From contig OZ024741.1 of NCBI GenBank assembly GCA_964016885.1, positions 355,570,001 through 355,634,000 on the forward strand: DNA of 64,000 nucleotides, in the 5' to 3' direction. The notes beneath the pieces were generated by a model, which was not told the origin of the DNA, did no database searches, and worked only from the letters and a program-made list of their open reading frames with translations. Positions 53,039 to 64,000 of this stretch are shown here, in pieces. The stretch is from Eledone cirrhosa. Its lineage: Eukaryota. The stretch's first letter is position 1, and each line of letters begins with the position of its first letter. The translations under genes were made by a program, and so were the position numbers.

Positions 53039-53767
53039 CTGATTCATTGTTTGCGTGTGGCGCATGAGTAGAACTGTTCGGTGGCAAAAGAAAATAAAGT
53101 TGCTTTCAGAAATTTTGCATGTTATCTTCTTGAAAGAAGTTATGTTCAGAAATTCTGTGAGTTTGTTTGTTTCGGAAGGCTGTGTGTTGTTACCAATTTT
53201 AACAGTCAGTTGGTATGAAGTAGTGTTAAAAATGTATGTTGTAAGAATTTATACAAGTAATTTATGTGTGTTAGGTGAAAATATAAAAAAAATTTAAATA
53301 AGTGAAAATATTTTCAAACTACAATCAGATGAAAAATTCCAATATACGATCTGCAAAACACACACATGCACATGCACACTGTCTCTGAGTAAATATTTCT
53401 AGATTAAAATTTTTTTGTGAAAATTTGCAATAAACTAAAGGAAAGACTTAGCTGTTTTGTAGTTTTCAAGAATGTCTTGCTAATGTGGTCTAGGCTGTCA
53501 TGAGTTAACCTATATTGACAAAACCTATGATTAAAAGAATTCTAGTTGTAGTCATTCACTATATTGACGAGTATCTACAACTGTATTATCTAATCTGTCC
53601 TTCCTTGTTGTTGAGGTTGAAAGTAATGGTTTGGATCTCATCACAAGTCATATAAAGTAGAAAATATACAGATTGTAAATGTGTTAATTATCTTAAATAG
53701 AGTGACCCTTGTTATTTCAGTTACACCAAGTGAAAAAAACATTTGAATTTCATTTCCCTCTGAAAAG

Positions 53768-53832
53768 ATGTCTAGTGCTAAGCGGTTTCCTAACAAACAG
53801 GACACCTCCAAAATTTCAGTGAAGAAAGCCAA
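53768..53832 (+). CDS. POLD1: DNA polymerase delta catalytic subunit, coding exon 1
   Basis: MSSAKRFPNKQDTSKISVKKAK|gtaag is a basic NLS-like N-terminus. Phase 2 matches the next exon. Confidence 0.75.
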
Positions 53833-55022
53833 GTAAGAATTAAATACAATTCTTTTTTTTATTTTTCTATATCTTAATAAATTGGAAAGTGGTTGGTATT
53901 AGGAGCTTCATAAACCACACAAAAATGAATGTATTTAGCAAGACGTGGTCGCTGACCCATCTAGGATGATTTAACTCTAGTTATATATTGACATGGTCTG
54001 CAACAACCTGTTCAACCCATGCCAAAATGGAAAATGAATATCCCATTCATTCTAGCTAGTATGGTAAATGGATAAAGTAATATCAATGCTAACATGGTCA
54101 AAGGAATGTCTGTTTGGTTAAGTTCTTTTGTGGTTTAGGTTCTAATCTTACTGTATGGCATTATTTTCTTAAAGTACCAGTAATGCACTGGGTAATTGCT
54201 GGCCTTGTGCCTAAAGTAGAAACAATTATTTTTGTTAAAGTACCAGTAATACACTGGGTAATTGCTGGCCGTGTGCCTAACGTAAAAACAATTATTTTCT
54301 ATAGTATTGGGCTGACCAAAACCTTGCCAGTGGAATTTATTAGACAGAAAATGTGCAGAAGATTGTATATGTTTATGCCCTCGTGTTTATTTAATTGATA
54401 CATATCCAGTTGTAAAAACTAGTGTTGTGTCATAAAACTAAGTTTAGTGACACATGTCATAATGCATCTATTTCTCCCTGGTTACCAACCAAGTCAGTAC
54501 TTAATCTTGGGTGTACGCACTAGGCAGGTCGTCATGTTTTTGACGCATTTGTAAAATCTTCCTGACCCTTTGTTCAGTAAGTTTTCTACAGCTGGAGGCC
54601 AATCCTATAACCAGCCACCTTACAGTTTGTGATGGGTGCGTTTATAGTGCAGATCACCAACACTAGAGAAGCTGTTGCATCCTTGACACAAGTGAAGAGC
54701 AGCATACCCTACCATGTTGATAGAATATGTATTGGAATGGGGTGGGGGGGGGATTACAATAGCCCAGAAACCCTTAAAGATGGTACTTCAGTATGACAGC
54801 AGTCCAATGACTGAACCCAATAAAAGGATACAAGAATGTTTACCCCCTTTTCATTCTTAACTATAAATATTTTTAAAGAAAACATATGTATCTTTACAAG
54901 GTATAAAGATAAGGAAGAGATACTATAAATATTTTACTGTAGTTTAGTATAAATTATAAGTAGTTTACTATAAATATTTAGCTATAGTTTATTATGAATA
55001 TTATATGTATTCTTCCTCCAAG

Positions 55023-55132
55023 ATATGATGATGATGATGAAGAGTTTACATCAATGTTTGAACAAGATCTGGAGAATATGGATCAGATGGAAAATGAATT
55101 ATTAATGGGAACTGAAAGTTGTGATTTTGTCG
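55023..55132 (+). CDS. POLD1: POLD1 coding exon 2
   Basis: ag|YDDDDEEFTSMFEQDLENMD...CDFV|gtgagt, the acidic N-terminal segment. Confidence 0.82.
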
Positions 55133-55654
55133 GTGAGTCAAACTTTTGTTTTCAACCTTTTCTTTTTTTACTGAAATTATAATCTCATTTGACCTGGCTC
55201 CCTACAATCGATTAGGTTATGGGTGCATACAACTCATGGCAACAGAGAAATCGGATGTAAAATGATGATGATATGATCATCACTGTTTAACATCCATTTT
55301 TGCATGCTGGCATGGGTTAGATGAGTTATCCTATTGTGAGCAATGCTAGATCAGATCATGTCATGCTCATACAGAACTGATTTTGGCTTGGTTTCTACAG
55401 CTGTATGCCCTTTCCAGCACCAACCTCATTTACAGTGAGTCCTAGGTGCTTTTTTTCTGGACACCAACTTGACCACTTTACAGTGTGGGCTGGGCAGTTT
55501 TTGCCTTGTCGCCATCATGACAACTTTACAGTGTGGGCTGAAGGCTTCACTGGATGAATACTTTAGCTTGTCCTCATGGGCGAGTGTGGAGTGGGGTGGT
55601 GCATAATATATATATATGCTTCAGTTTCGGCCTGTCATTATCATATTTGAGATA

Positions 55655-55841
55655 GGGCGGTGGATTGGCAGTATTGGTAGAGGGTCGGACGCCATGCTTT
55701 GACGTATAGAGTTACGGCCCTTGCCATTCTGAATTCAAATCCCGCCGAGGTTGACTTTGCCTTTCATCCTTACGGGGTCGATAAAATAAAGTACCAGTAA
55801 TGCACTGGGTAATTGCTGGCCTTGTGCCTAACGTAGAAACA
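55655..55841 (+). mobile_element. tRNA-derived Meta-type SINE with an 18-bp TSD
   Basis: gcctttcatccttacggggtcgataaaataaagtaccag central domain; TSD attatcatatttgagata. Further copies at ~23907, 26533, 29368, 48950, 50196, 57705, 59735, 61590 and 62125. Confidence 0.85.
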
Positions 55842-56404
55842 ATTATCATATTTGAGATAATTTGAAAAAATGTTTTATAACGTGCATTTGTGAATGCTGT
55901 TATTGGATGTAGAAGCTCTAGGATCTGAGTCATAGATAGCTATAGTTGAATATTTTGTTGTGAAGAATACAAAAGGTTTATGTGGTATTTGTACACCACG
56001 GAGAAGGCAGCTTGTCTGGGAGAACAGTCATTCTGAATAAATAAGACTGCATGGGGTAGACATTGACTCTGCAACTCCGAACAAAGGCAACCTGTTTAAA
56101 AGAGCAGTCACTCTGAATTAAAACTGACTCAGGGTAGAGAAGACTCTTCAGTCTTGTCAAACAACTTTGCTGCTGGTAACCTTGTACATGTTGTAAAGTG
56201 ATTGGTGATAGGAAGGGCATCCAGCCAGAAAGACCATGCCAAAAATTATGGAAAGCCCCCCCCCCCCCCCGTTTAGTGGGGTCAAACGAGCTAATTAATA
56301 GGTCACTGCATATAGACACCTTTTTTAACAAGTACAGTTTAGATTAATGAGAGAAAAAATCGATCATTTTAATCTTGACAAATTTCATTTCATTTTATTT
56401 TCAG

Positions 56405-56512
56405 ATGATGAACTAGAAATATCTAAAAAATGGACCCGACCGCCCCTACCTTCCATTGATCCTGAAGAAGATTCAATTGTTTTCCAGCAAATTAGTCTTG
56501 ACTATTATGTTG
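56405..56512 (+). CDS. POLD1: POLD1 coding exon 3
   Basis: KWTRPPLPSIDPEEDSIVFQQISLDYYV resembles POLD1 W.RP.PP.LDP....IFQQ..IDHY. Confidence 0.92.
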
Positions 56513-56529
56513 GTAAGTTCTGAGGCCTT

Positions 56530-57415
56530 CATAGACATTTTGTTGTTCAAGGTGTGATAGACAGTGTGTAAGAGAAAGAGAGTAGTGGTGTTTGTCTTTG
56601 CAGGTGATTACTGTTGTCATTGGTCGATGGGTCAGAGAAGGTTGTGCCAATGGGCTGAGTCTGCAAAGGGTTGGTTGGAAGGAACCTGGTAGAAGAAGAG
56701 ATGGTAGCATTGCAGTTTGTCCGGATGATTCTGATGTCATGGGTTGGGATTTGTCCTAAAATCCATTTGAGCTGGTCAAAGTAGTCATCTTTGACTGTGT
56801 CCTCTGCAGTGTTTGTAGGGACATAGGCGACGACGATGGTCATCTTCCTGTGCCAGTGGAGAAAATGGGCAAACAGTCGCTCAGCAAGTTCCAGCTGATA
56901 ATTGACTTGCAAATATGCTTGGCATGGCCAGTGCCATGCAGCAGAAGCCCGTTTGATCTTCAGGGCTACTCCAGATGAGGCAGTGGTCTCCCATGATGAA
57001 TTCGCTGCTGCCCCAGCCCAGCATGTTTCACAGAGTCCCGCCAGTGTAATGTAGTGGGATAGCTCTTGGAACAGTAGAGAAGCTGCTCTGGGGCGAAGGT
57101 TTGACAGGACATTTCATGTGGCAATACGAGTTTTGTAGTATTGTCAATTTCTCATTGGTGGGTTGTTTTTTGGGGGGGAGGGATCTGTTCCAATGTTGGG
57201 TAGTCCTGTTTCTTGTGGTCAGTTTCGTAACAGGTTCGTGGTTCTTCTGGGTGGGTTATTTGCCCTCTGCAGAATAGTCAGATAATAGGGCTGCCATTTT
57301 GGTGGTGAGCTGACGCACTGCAGATTACTGTTGGTCTGGAACCTCCCTGGGAGACCGCTTTGGGTGATCCTACTAGGAGCAATGCTCCAGACAGTAACGC
57401 TCTCACGAATTTACG
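56530..57415 (-). mobile_element. Degenerate RTE-like 5' fragment (APE)
   Basis: MTIVVAYVPTNTAEDTVKDDYFDQL. A second APE start (TWNITTLTGKE) lies at 58740-59290 (-). Confidence 0.65.
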
Positions 57416-57910
57416 GAACATATCTCCATTGTTTAACATCTATTTTTCATACTTGTATGGGTTAGACAGGTTGTTGCATTATGAGACAAGTCGGGTCAGG
57501 AGACCTCATTTTGCTCATACAGATATGTATTTTGGTTTGGTTTCTATGACTGGATGCCGTTCCTAACACCAACCACATTACAGTGTGGACTGGGTGCTTT
57601 TTGTCATATTGCTAGCATGACCACCTTATGTACTTCTTTTATTTTTTACTTTACAGGTGCACTGATGTAGCGAATGCATGGCACTCAAACTTTCATTAAT
57701 TTTTTGTGAATTGGCAGTATCGGTAGAGGGTCGGACGCCATGCTTTCCAGCATAGTTACGTCTCTTTACGGTCTGAGTTCAAATCCCGTCGAGGTTAACT
57801 TTGCCTTTCATCCTTACGGGGTCGATAAAATAAAGTACCAGTAATACACTGGGATAATTGCTGGCCTTGTGCCAAAAGAAGAAACAATTAATTTTTTTAC
57901 TTCTCTGCAG

Positions 57911-58083
57911 GTGCACCAATGCAAGGAATGCCTGGCTCCAGTGTTGGACCTGTGCCTATCATCCGGATGTTTGGGATTACTATGGAGGGGAATAGTGTGC
58001 TAACCCATGTCCATGGCTTTGCAGCATATTTCTATGTCCCTGCCCAACCTGGTTTCAAGAAAGAACACTGTCAACAGTTTAAG
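57911..58083 (+). CDS. POLD1: POLD1 coding exon 4
   Basis: GPVPIIRMFGITMEGNSVLTHVHGFAAYFYVPA is a conserved POLD1 N-terminal domain motif. Confidence 0.95.
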
Positions 58084-58159
58084 GTAATATATGTATATGT
58101 TTACATGCCTATGTGTATGTGTGCATGCACATGTGTATGTATGTATATATGTGTGTCTG

Positions 58160-58720
58160 GCTTGGACCAACACCGCCTCACCTGTTGCCAATCTGCTTCA
58201 CAACCAAACAGCGGTGTGTGGCTCAATTCGGTGTCCTCCTCATCAACCCGTACCCTTCTTGGGAGTGGCCCAACACCTCAGCCTTCGCGTGTGTGAACCA
58301 CACAAATGCTGTTGTGGGGCAGTTGTTGGCAAGTTTGGCCTCAACGCACAGGCCACTTTCAACGACATATTGAGAAGGAGCCTGGATGCAGCTTGCTTCC
58401 CATCACAACCGCAGCCAGCAGGCCTTGACTACAGAGACAGCAAGCGCCCCAACGGAATTACCCTCTTGACATTCAAAGGAGGTAAATCCCTCATCTGGGA
58501 TGCTACATGTGACATTTTCTCTGCCGCCAACTTAATCGCTTCAGCCACAAAACCCGATACTGAGGCCTGAAATGCAGAGGACTGGCAAACAAATAAATAC
58601 CCGAGCATATCCGGCTGCTTACTCTATCGTGACCTCAGGTGTCCTGGGACACCGTACTGCTGAGCACCTCTGCTAGATTGGAACATCAGCAGCCCATCTG
58701 AGGAAGGTGTCTGTTGCAGT
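58160..58720 (+). mobile_element. REL-endonuclease non-LTR remnant (CRE/R2 group)
   Basis: CEPHKCCCG knuckle-like motif, then KRPNGITL..GKSLIWDATC (RPD-type REL motif). Confidence 0.6.
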
Positions 58721-59603
58721 CTTTCAGCCTAAGCTTCAAGTGGCAAATCCTCCTGCCTAAGGTATACAGTCCATAACATTCTGACAGCCGGGCGCTTATG
58801 AGTATCCCCACCCCTGCTTGTGCAGTCATTTCTGGCACCATACCTGAATAGTGGAGTTTCCATCCTCAATCTAAATCTACAGTATCAGAGCCATGGAACT
58901 TGGTTGAGGAAACAATATATCTAGCCAGTTGCATCTAGCCTCCTCTACTAGTTTCTGCTCCTTACCTGTAAGGGTTGTGATGTTCCAGGTTCTAATTGTC
59001 AAGGTTTGCTCCCTTTCGAACCTCTTTTGGAATATGCCATCTTTGTGTGTCCATCCCACGCCTCCCAGGACATTGCCAGTTTTTGCGGCATGAAATGGTG
59101 ACTGCAATATATTTACCGGAAGCCTGAACACCTCCTTTGTTAAATCACGTGAAGGACGATGTGGTATGGTTCTTTTTTGTTCCTCTCACCATATTGCAGG
59201 TGTAGTTTTGCAATCTGGTACTTTGCCAAACCTGAGAAGACTAGGATTTAGGTGGCCTTTGCTCACCTTGTCATAGTTACGTCACTGGGTTGTGAGAGTT
59301 TTCTTTGCAGAGCTGTTCTGCTAGAGAATGGGTCACATGTGGCAGATAGCGATACGGCCACCAGATATGAAGGTTAGTTGCTATATAAGCAGGCAACTGC
59401 CAGACGAATAAGTAACACCAGACCAACAACAGTAAACTACTAGGAGAGATGGAGCAATGAGTGACACCTGTAGCATATTTGAAGTGAAATATTTTTGGTA
59501 GGACTAAATATGGGCTGAGTAAAATAGTGTGACTATATGGGCTGAAAAAAGATGAAAGAAATATTACATTGTTAAAATCTTTTTTATATTTTTATTTGTT
59601 CAG

Positions 59604-59697
59604 AATGCACTGAATAAATCTATTTTGAAAGACCTCAGATCAAACCGTGAAGAAATAAAGGAGGCTGTCCTAGGAGTTGAATTAACCATGAAAGAGA
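59604..59697 (+). CDS. POLD1: POLD1 coding exon 5
   Basis: cag|NALNKSILKDLRSNREEIKEAVLGVELTMKE|gtgagt. Confidence 0.92.
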
Positions 59698-60174
59698 GTG
59701 AGTATCTCCTTTTGATATTATCTATAGTCTAGCTAATGGCAGTGGATCGGACAAAATGTTTTGCCGCATTTAGTTATTACCCTTTAGATTCTGAGTCTAA
59801 ATTCCGCTGATGTCAATTTTACCTTTCATCCTTCCAGGGGTCAATAAAATAAAGTACCAGCCATATACTGGGGTTGATATAATTGACTTTATTCTACCTC
59901 TTAAATTGCTGGCCTTGTGCCTAAATTATAAATCATTATTGGTGCTTTTTAGCCTCATCCATCATGAATGAGAATAAACTTGGTTTAACCTTTTTCATAC
60001 CTACCTGAAATCACTCCTGGTTCTATGATTTAAAGTGTTTATATTTATATAAAAACCTTCCAACATAATTTTATGTAAAAACCTTTGTTATTTTTTAAAC
60101 TAACTTAATAATGAGGAAGTTAGTTAAATAAGTAAATCCCTACAGATTCTTAATTATTTGAAAATCATATCTGG

Positions 60175-61457
60175 TGTCATCATCATCAGCATCATCATTT
60201 TACGTCCGCTTTTCCCTGCTTGCAAGGGTGGGACGGGTCTTATTCAGCACAGCATCTCTCCACTCGTCACGGTCCCTCGTCATCTCCACCGTGAGCTTCA
60301 ATGATCTGAGGTCTGTTCTCACCACCTCCGCCCATGTTTTTCGTGGTCTACCTCTACCACGTCTTCCTTCAACTGGCATTTCCTGGCACTTCTTCACCCA
60401 TCGGTCATCCTCCATGCGCATCACATGTCCATACCACCTCAGTCTCCTCTCCCGTACACTACATTCTATCCCTCTCAGACACAGTTTCTCTCTCAACACA
60501 TTTATGCTGGGTTGTTCACGCACATTTACACTGCACATCCAACGGAGCATGCTTGCCTCATTTCTCTCCAGCCGTCGCATATCCTCTGCAGTTGCTGCCC
60601 ATGTCTCACTACCATGCAGCATCGCGCTCCTCACACAGGCATCATACAACTGGCCTTTCGTATGCAGGGAGAAACCCTTCTTCGTCAACAGAGGAAGCAG
60701 CTCCCTAAACTTCTTCCAACCCGTCCTTATTCTAGATACTATGGCCTCGGAACACCCTCCTCCCATGCTAATCTGATCTCCTAGGTACCGGAAGCTATCC
60801 ACCACTTCTATAGCGCCCTCTTGCATTTGAAAAATGTGTCTATCAGTGCGACTTCTATTGTCTAATTTCCCTGTACATCTACTGCATACATATTTCTCCC
60901 TACCTGTTAGTTTGCCTGCTATCCCGCTACATCTCTTGTGTACCCAGGATCTGCATTGTGTGCATTTTATAGAATTTATGCCAGTTCCTTTTCTACATAT
61001 CGAACATGGCCATTTCCCTGACGGAATCAGGGTTTTGTCCTCTTTTCTACTCATCAACACTTTTGTCTTAGCTAGATTCACTCTTAGTCCTCTTGCTTCC
61101 AACTGCTGTTTCCATAGCCAGAATTTATTCTCTAGCTCCTCTACTGATTCTGCTATAAGAACCAGATCGTCAGCATAGAGAAGTTCCTAGGGACAGCCAG
61201 TCTTAAACTCCTCTGTTATGGCTTGGAGGACTATAATGAACAAGAGCGGGCTGAGGACCGAGCCCTGATGTACTCCTACTTGTATCTGGAATTCCTCACT
61301 AAACTCCATTCCTACCCCGACTTTACTGAGAGTACCTCTGTACAAAGTTTGCACTGTCCTCACAAGCCATTCTTCAACACCTAGCTTCCTTAGGGACCAC
61401 CAGATGACAGATCGGGGTACCCTATCAAAGGCCTTCTCTAGGTCAACAAAGGCTAAG
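60175..61457 (-). mobile_element. RTE LINE 3' part nested in a TTAA MITE cluster
   Basis: ORF 60200..61102 is an RT C-terminus. Flanking MITE ends ttaaccttt (59986) and aaagggttaa (61494). More MITE copies extend to ~62965. Confidence 0.85.
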
Positions 61458-63061
61458 TGTGTTTCATTAAAAATATGGTAACAAAAGGGTTAACTGTTTT
61501 GATATCAAACTGTCTGAAACCATGCCTGGTTCTATGATACAAAACAGTTTATTTTATGTAAGAACTTTTATGTTCCAAACACCAGATTAATAATTGTTTC
61601 TACTTTTGGCACAAGGCCAGCAATTACCCAGTACATTACTGGTACTTCATTTTATTGACCCCGTAAGGATGAAAGGCAAAGTTGACCTCGGCGGAATTTG
61701 AACTCAGAATGGAAAGGGCCGTAACTCTATGCGTCAAAGCATGGTGTCTGACTCTCTACCCATACTGCCAATCCACCGCCCATTAATAATGAGAAAATTC
61801 ATTATAGTATTAAATCCTTCCAAATACTGGATAATTTTCAAAATCACTGGTAGTGTCTTTCATTAGAAATATAGTAACAAAAGGGTTAATTGTATTACAG
61901 ATTTTATTTACTCTTTTACTAGTTTCAGTTATTGGACTATAGCTATGCTGTGGCATCATCTTCTTGTGTGTTAGTATTCTCTTCACTCTGGTACTTATTT
62001 TATCGATCTCTGTCAGACTGTTACACATAAAGGAACCCAACATAAACAACACTAGTTTTTAGTCCTGTATATATACATAAACACACATGTACATACATAG
62101 ATGTGTAATGTTTGTATGATTGAATAATTGTTTCTACCTTAGGCACAAGGCCAGCAATTTGAAAGGGAAGGGAAAGTTGATTAAATCGACCCCAGTGCAT
62201 TATTGGTGCTTTATTTATCAACCCCGTAAGGATGAATGTGCATGAGTAATGAAACAGATGAGTTTAGGGAAAAACTGTACCTGAGAGAAATAAATAGGAG
62301 CCACATGATGAGTATGAATTCTGTCAGGCTCTTCGGTATAGCCAGGAAAATGGCCTTAAAACACTTGGTGTTACTAAATTTATAATGAAAGATACTGCCT
62401 ATAATTTTCAAATAATGTTGAAAACAACCAAGAATTTGAAGAAATTTAGTAAAATAACTAACTTCTCCCTTATTAAGTTGGTGTTTGGAACATTACTTAA
62501 CAAAGATTATAAAATGAAATTATGACAAGGTTTTGTTTTGATAAATACAAATACTTTAAAATAAACAGCCTAGTATCATAGAACCAGGAGATGGTTTAGG
62601 TGGTTTGGTATAAAAAAAAAGGTTTAAGTATCAGATACCTGGTCATGGGTTCAAATTTTGCTAACTCCCAAGGTAATTTTATTAACATAAGATATGACAC
62701 CTCAGTAGTTTTATTAATTATTTCATTGCAATATTTCTTATAAAAGACTCTGCTTATGGTTTTCAAATAATTTTGAAAATAATAAAGAATTTGAAAGGAT
62801 TTAATAATACACATATTAAGCTGGTGTTTGGAACATAAATTAACAAAAGTTCTTATGTAGAATTATGAGGAAAGGATTTTAGATAAATATAAATACTTTA
62901 AAATAGACAGCTCTGTATTGTAGTACCAGGGTTGTTTGAGCCTGTTTGGTATTGAAAGGGTTAATGTAGAATATGAATTGAAGTTCAGTCATTTCTAAAA
63001 AAATTTTGTCTTTACAATTTCATTTTTTAAAGTATTATTTTTCATCTATTTTAATATTCAG

Positions 63062-63230
63062 GTATATATGGTTTCCATGATAATAGAAAGGAACCTTTCT
63101 TGAAAATTACTGTGGCTCTACCTCGCCTCATTGCACCTGCCAAAAGACTTTTGGAACATGGGTTCCAATGTCCTGACTATTCAGTCCATGGCTTTCAAAC
63201 TTATGAGAGCAATGTTGACTTTGAGATCAG
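63062..63230 (+). CDS. POLD1: POLD1 coding exon 6; gene continues beyond the window
   Basis: SIYGFH...FLKITVALPRLIAPAKRLLE...YESNVDFEIR|gtgaga is diagnostic POLD1 sequence. Confidence 0.96.
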
Positions 63231-63284
63231 GTGAGAAATCATAGATTTGAACCTTGTTATTTTTTATTTACTTTCATCATACAT

Positions 63285-63761
63285 CATCATTTCATTTTAC
63301 ATCCGCTTTTCCCTGCTTGCAAGGATGGGACGGGGACTGATTCTGGCTTGATTTCTACAGCTGGATGCCCTTCCTAACACCAACCTCATTTACAGTGAGT
63401 GCTGGATGCTTTTTTGCCATGGCACCAACACGTTCACTTTACAGTGTGGGCTGGGTGCTTTTTTTCCGTGGCACCTCCACGACCATTTTACAGTGTGGGC
63501 TGGGTGCTTTTTTTCCATGGCACCTCCACGACCACTTTATAGTGTAGGCTGGGTGCTTTTTTGCCGTGGCACCTCCATGACCACTTTGCAGTGGAATGAT
63601 AGAGACCCCAGTCCTATCATCTCATTTCTACAGCTGAGTAAACTGGAGCAATGTGAAATAAAGTGTCTTGCTCAAGGAAACAACACATCACCCGGTCTGA
63701 GAATCGAACTCACAACCTTTCGATTGCAAAGCCAATGCTCTAACCACTAAGCCATGTGCCT
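63285..63761 (-). mobile_element. CORE-type SINE with an expanded tail repeat of about 49 bp
   Basis: tRNA head at 63690-63761. Tandem ttacagtgtgggctgggtgc...cacctccacgacca units. Confidence 0.8.
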
Positions 63762-64000
63762 ATATTTATTTTTTCTTATTTGTACTGTAGGCCCACGTCT
63801 TACTCAGCATTAATCTTTTTGATATCAACTCACTTGAAACTGGCCCTAGTTCTACAATACAATTTTACAGAGTTTACTGGGTGCATTTTATCATGATGCT
63901 AACACTAACACTTTTAGTAAGGTTTCTATAGCTGGATGCATACTATTCTTAATGCTAACCACTATACAGTGGGTACATTTATAATAATAATAGTCTTCTA

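Noticed and set aside
57919-58296. 125-aa ORF as a single-exon gene
   Set aside because: Only 57911-58083 is POLD1 exon. The rest is intron read-through.

Overview
AT-rich, microsatellite-dense animal genomic DNA. The SINE and LINE repertoire suggests an octopus or other coleoid cephalopod (inference). Most of the window is mobile DNA: RTE and RTE-X-like LINEs, Penelope-like elements (PLEs) with hammerhead-ribozyme motifs, Tx1, CR1 and REL-type LINE remnants, Helitrons, mariner and maT (DD37D) relics, TTAA MITEs, tRNA-derived CORE- and Meta-type SINEs, and a 5S-derived remnant. Two spliced host genes, largely missed by the ORF track, can be reconstructed by hand and lie head-to-head. On the + strand are the first six coding exons of DNA polymerase delta catalytic subunit (POLD1, 53768 to beyond 63230), with an E2F-like site upstream. 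On the - strand is a five-exon, 223-codon partial gene (41664 down to 23066) encoding a signal peptide, a highly divergent MNNL/C2-like domain and a DSL (Delta/Serrate/LAG-2) domain, i.e. an atypical Notch-ligand-like protein. Other points of interest are many minimal hammerhead motifs (including U3-A8 compensatory variants and a 428-bp retrozyme-like tandem unit), repeated fold-back palindromes, and three Helitrons stacked at one site. All alignments were done by eye and no database searches were run.
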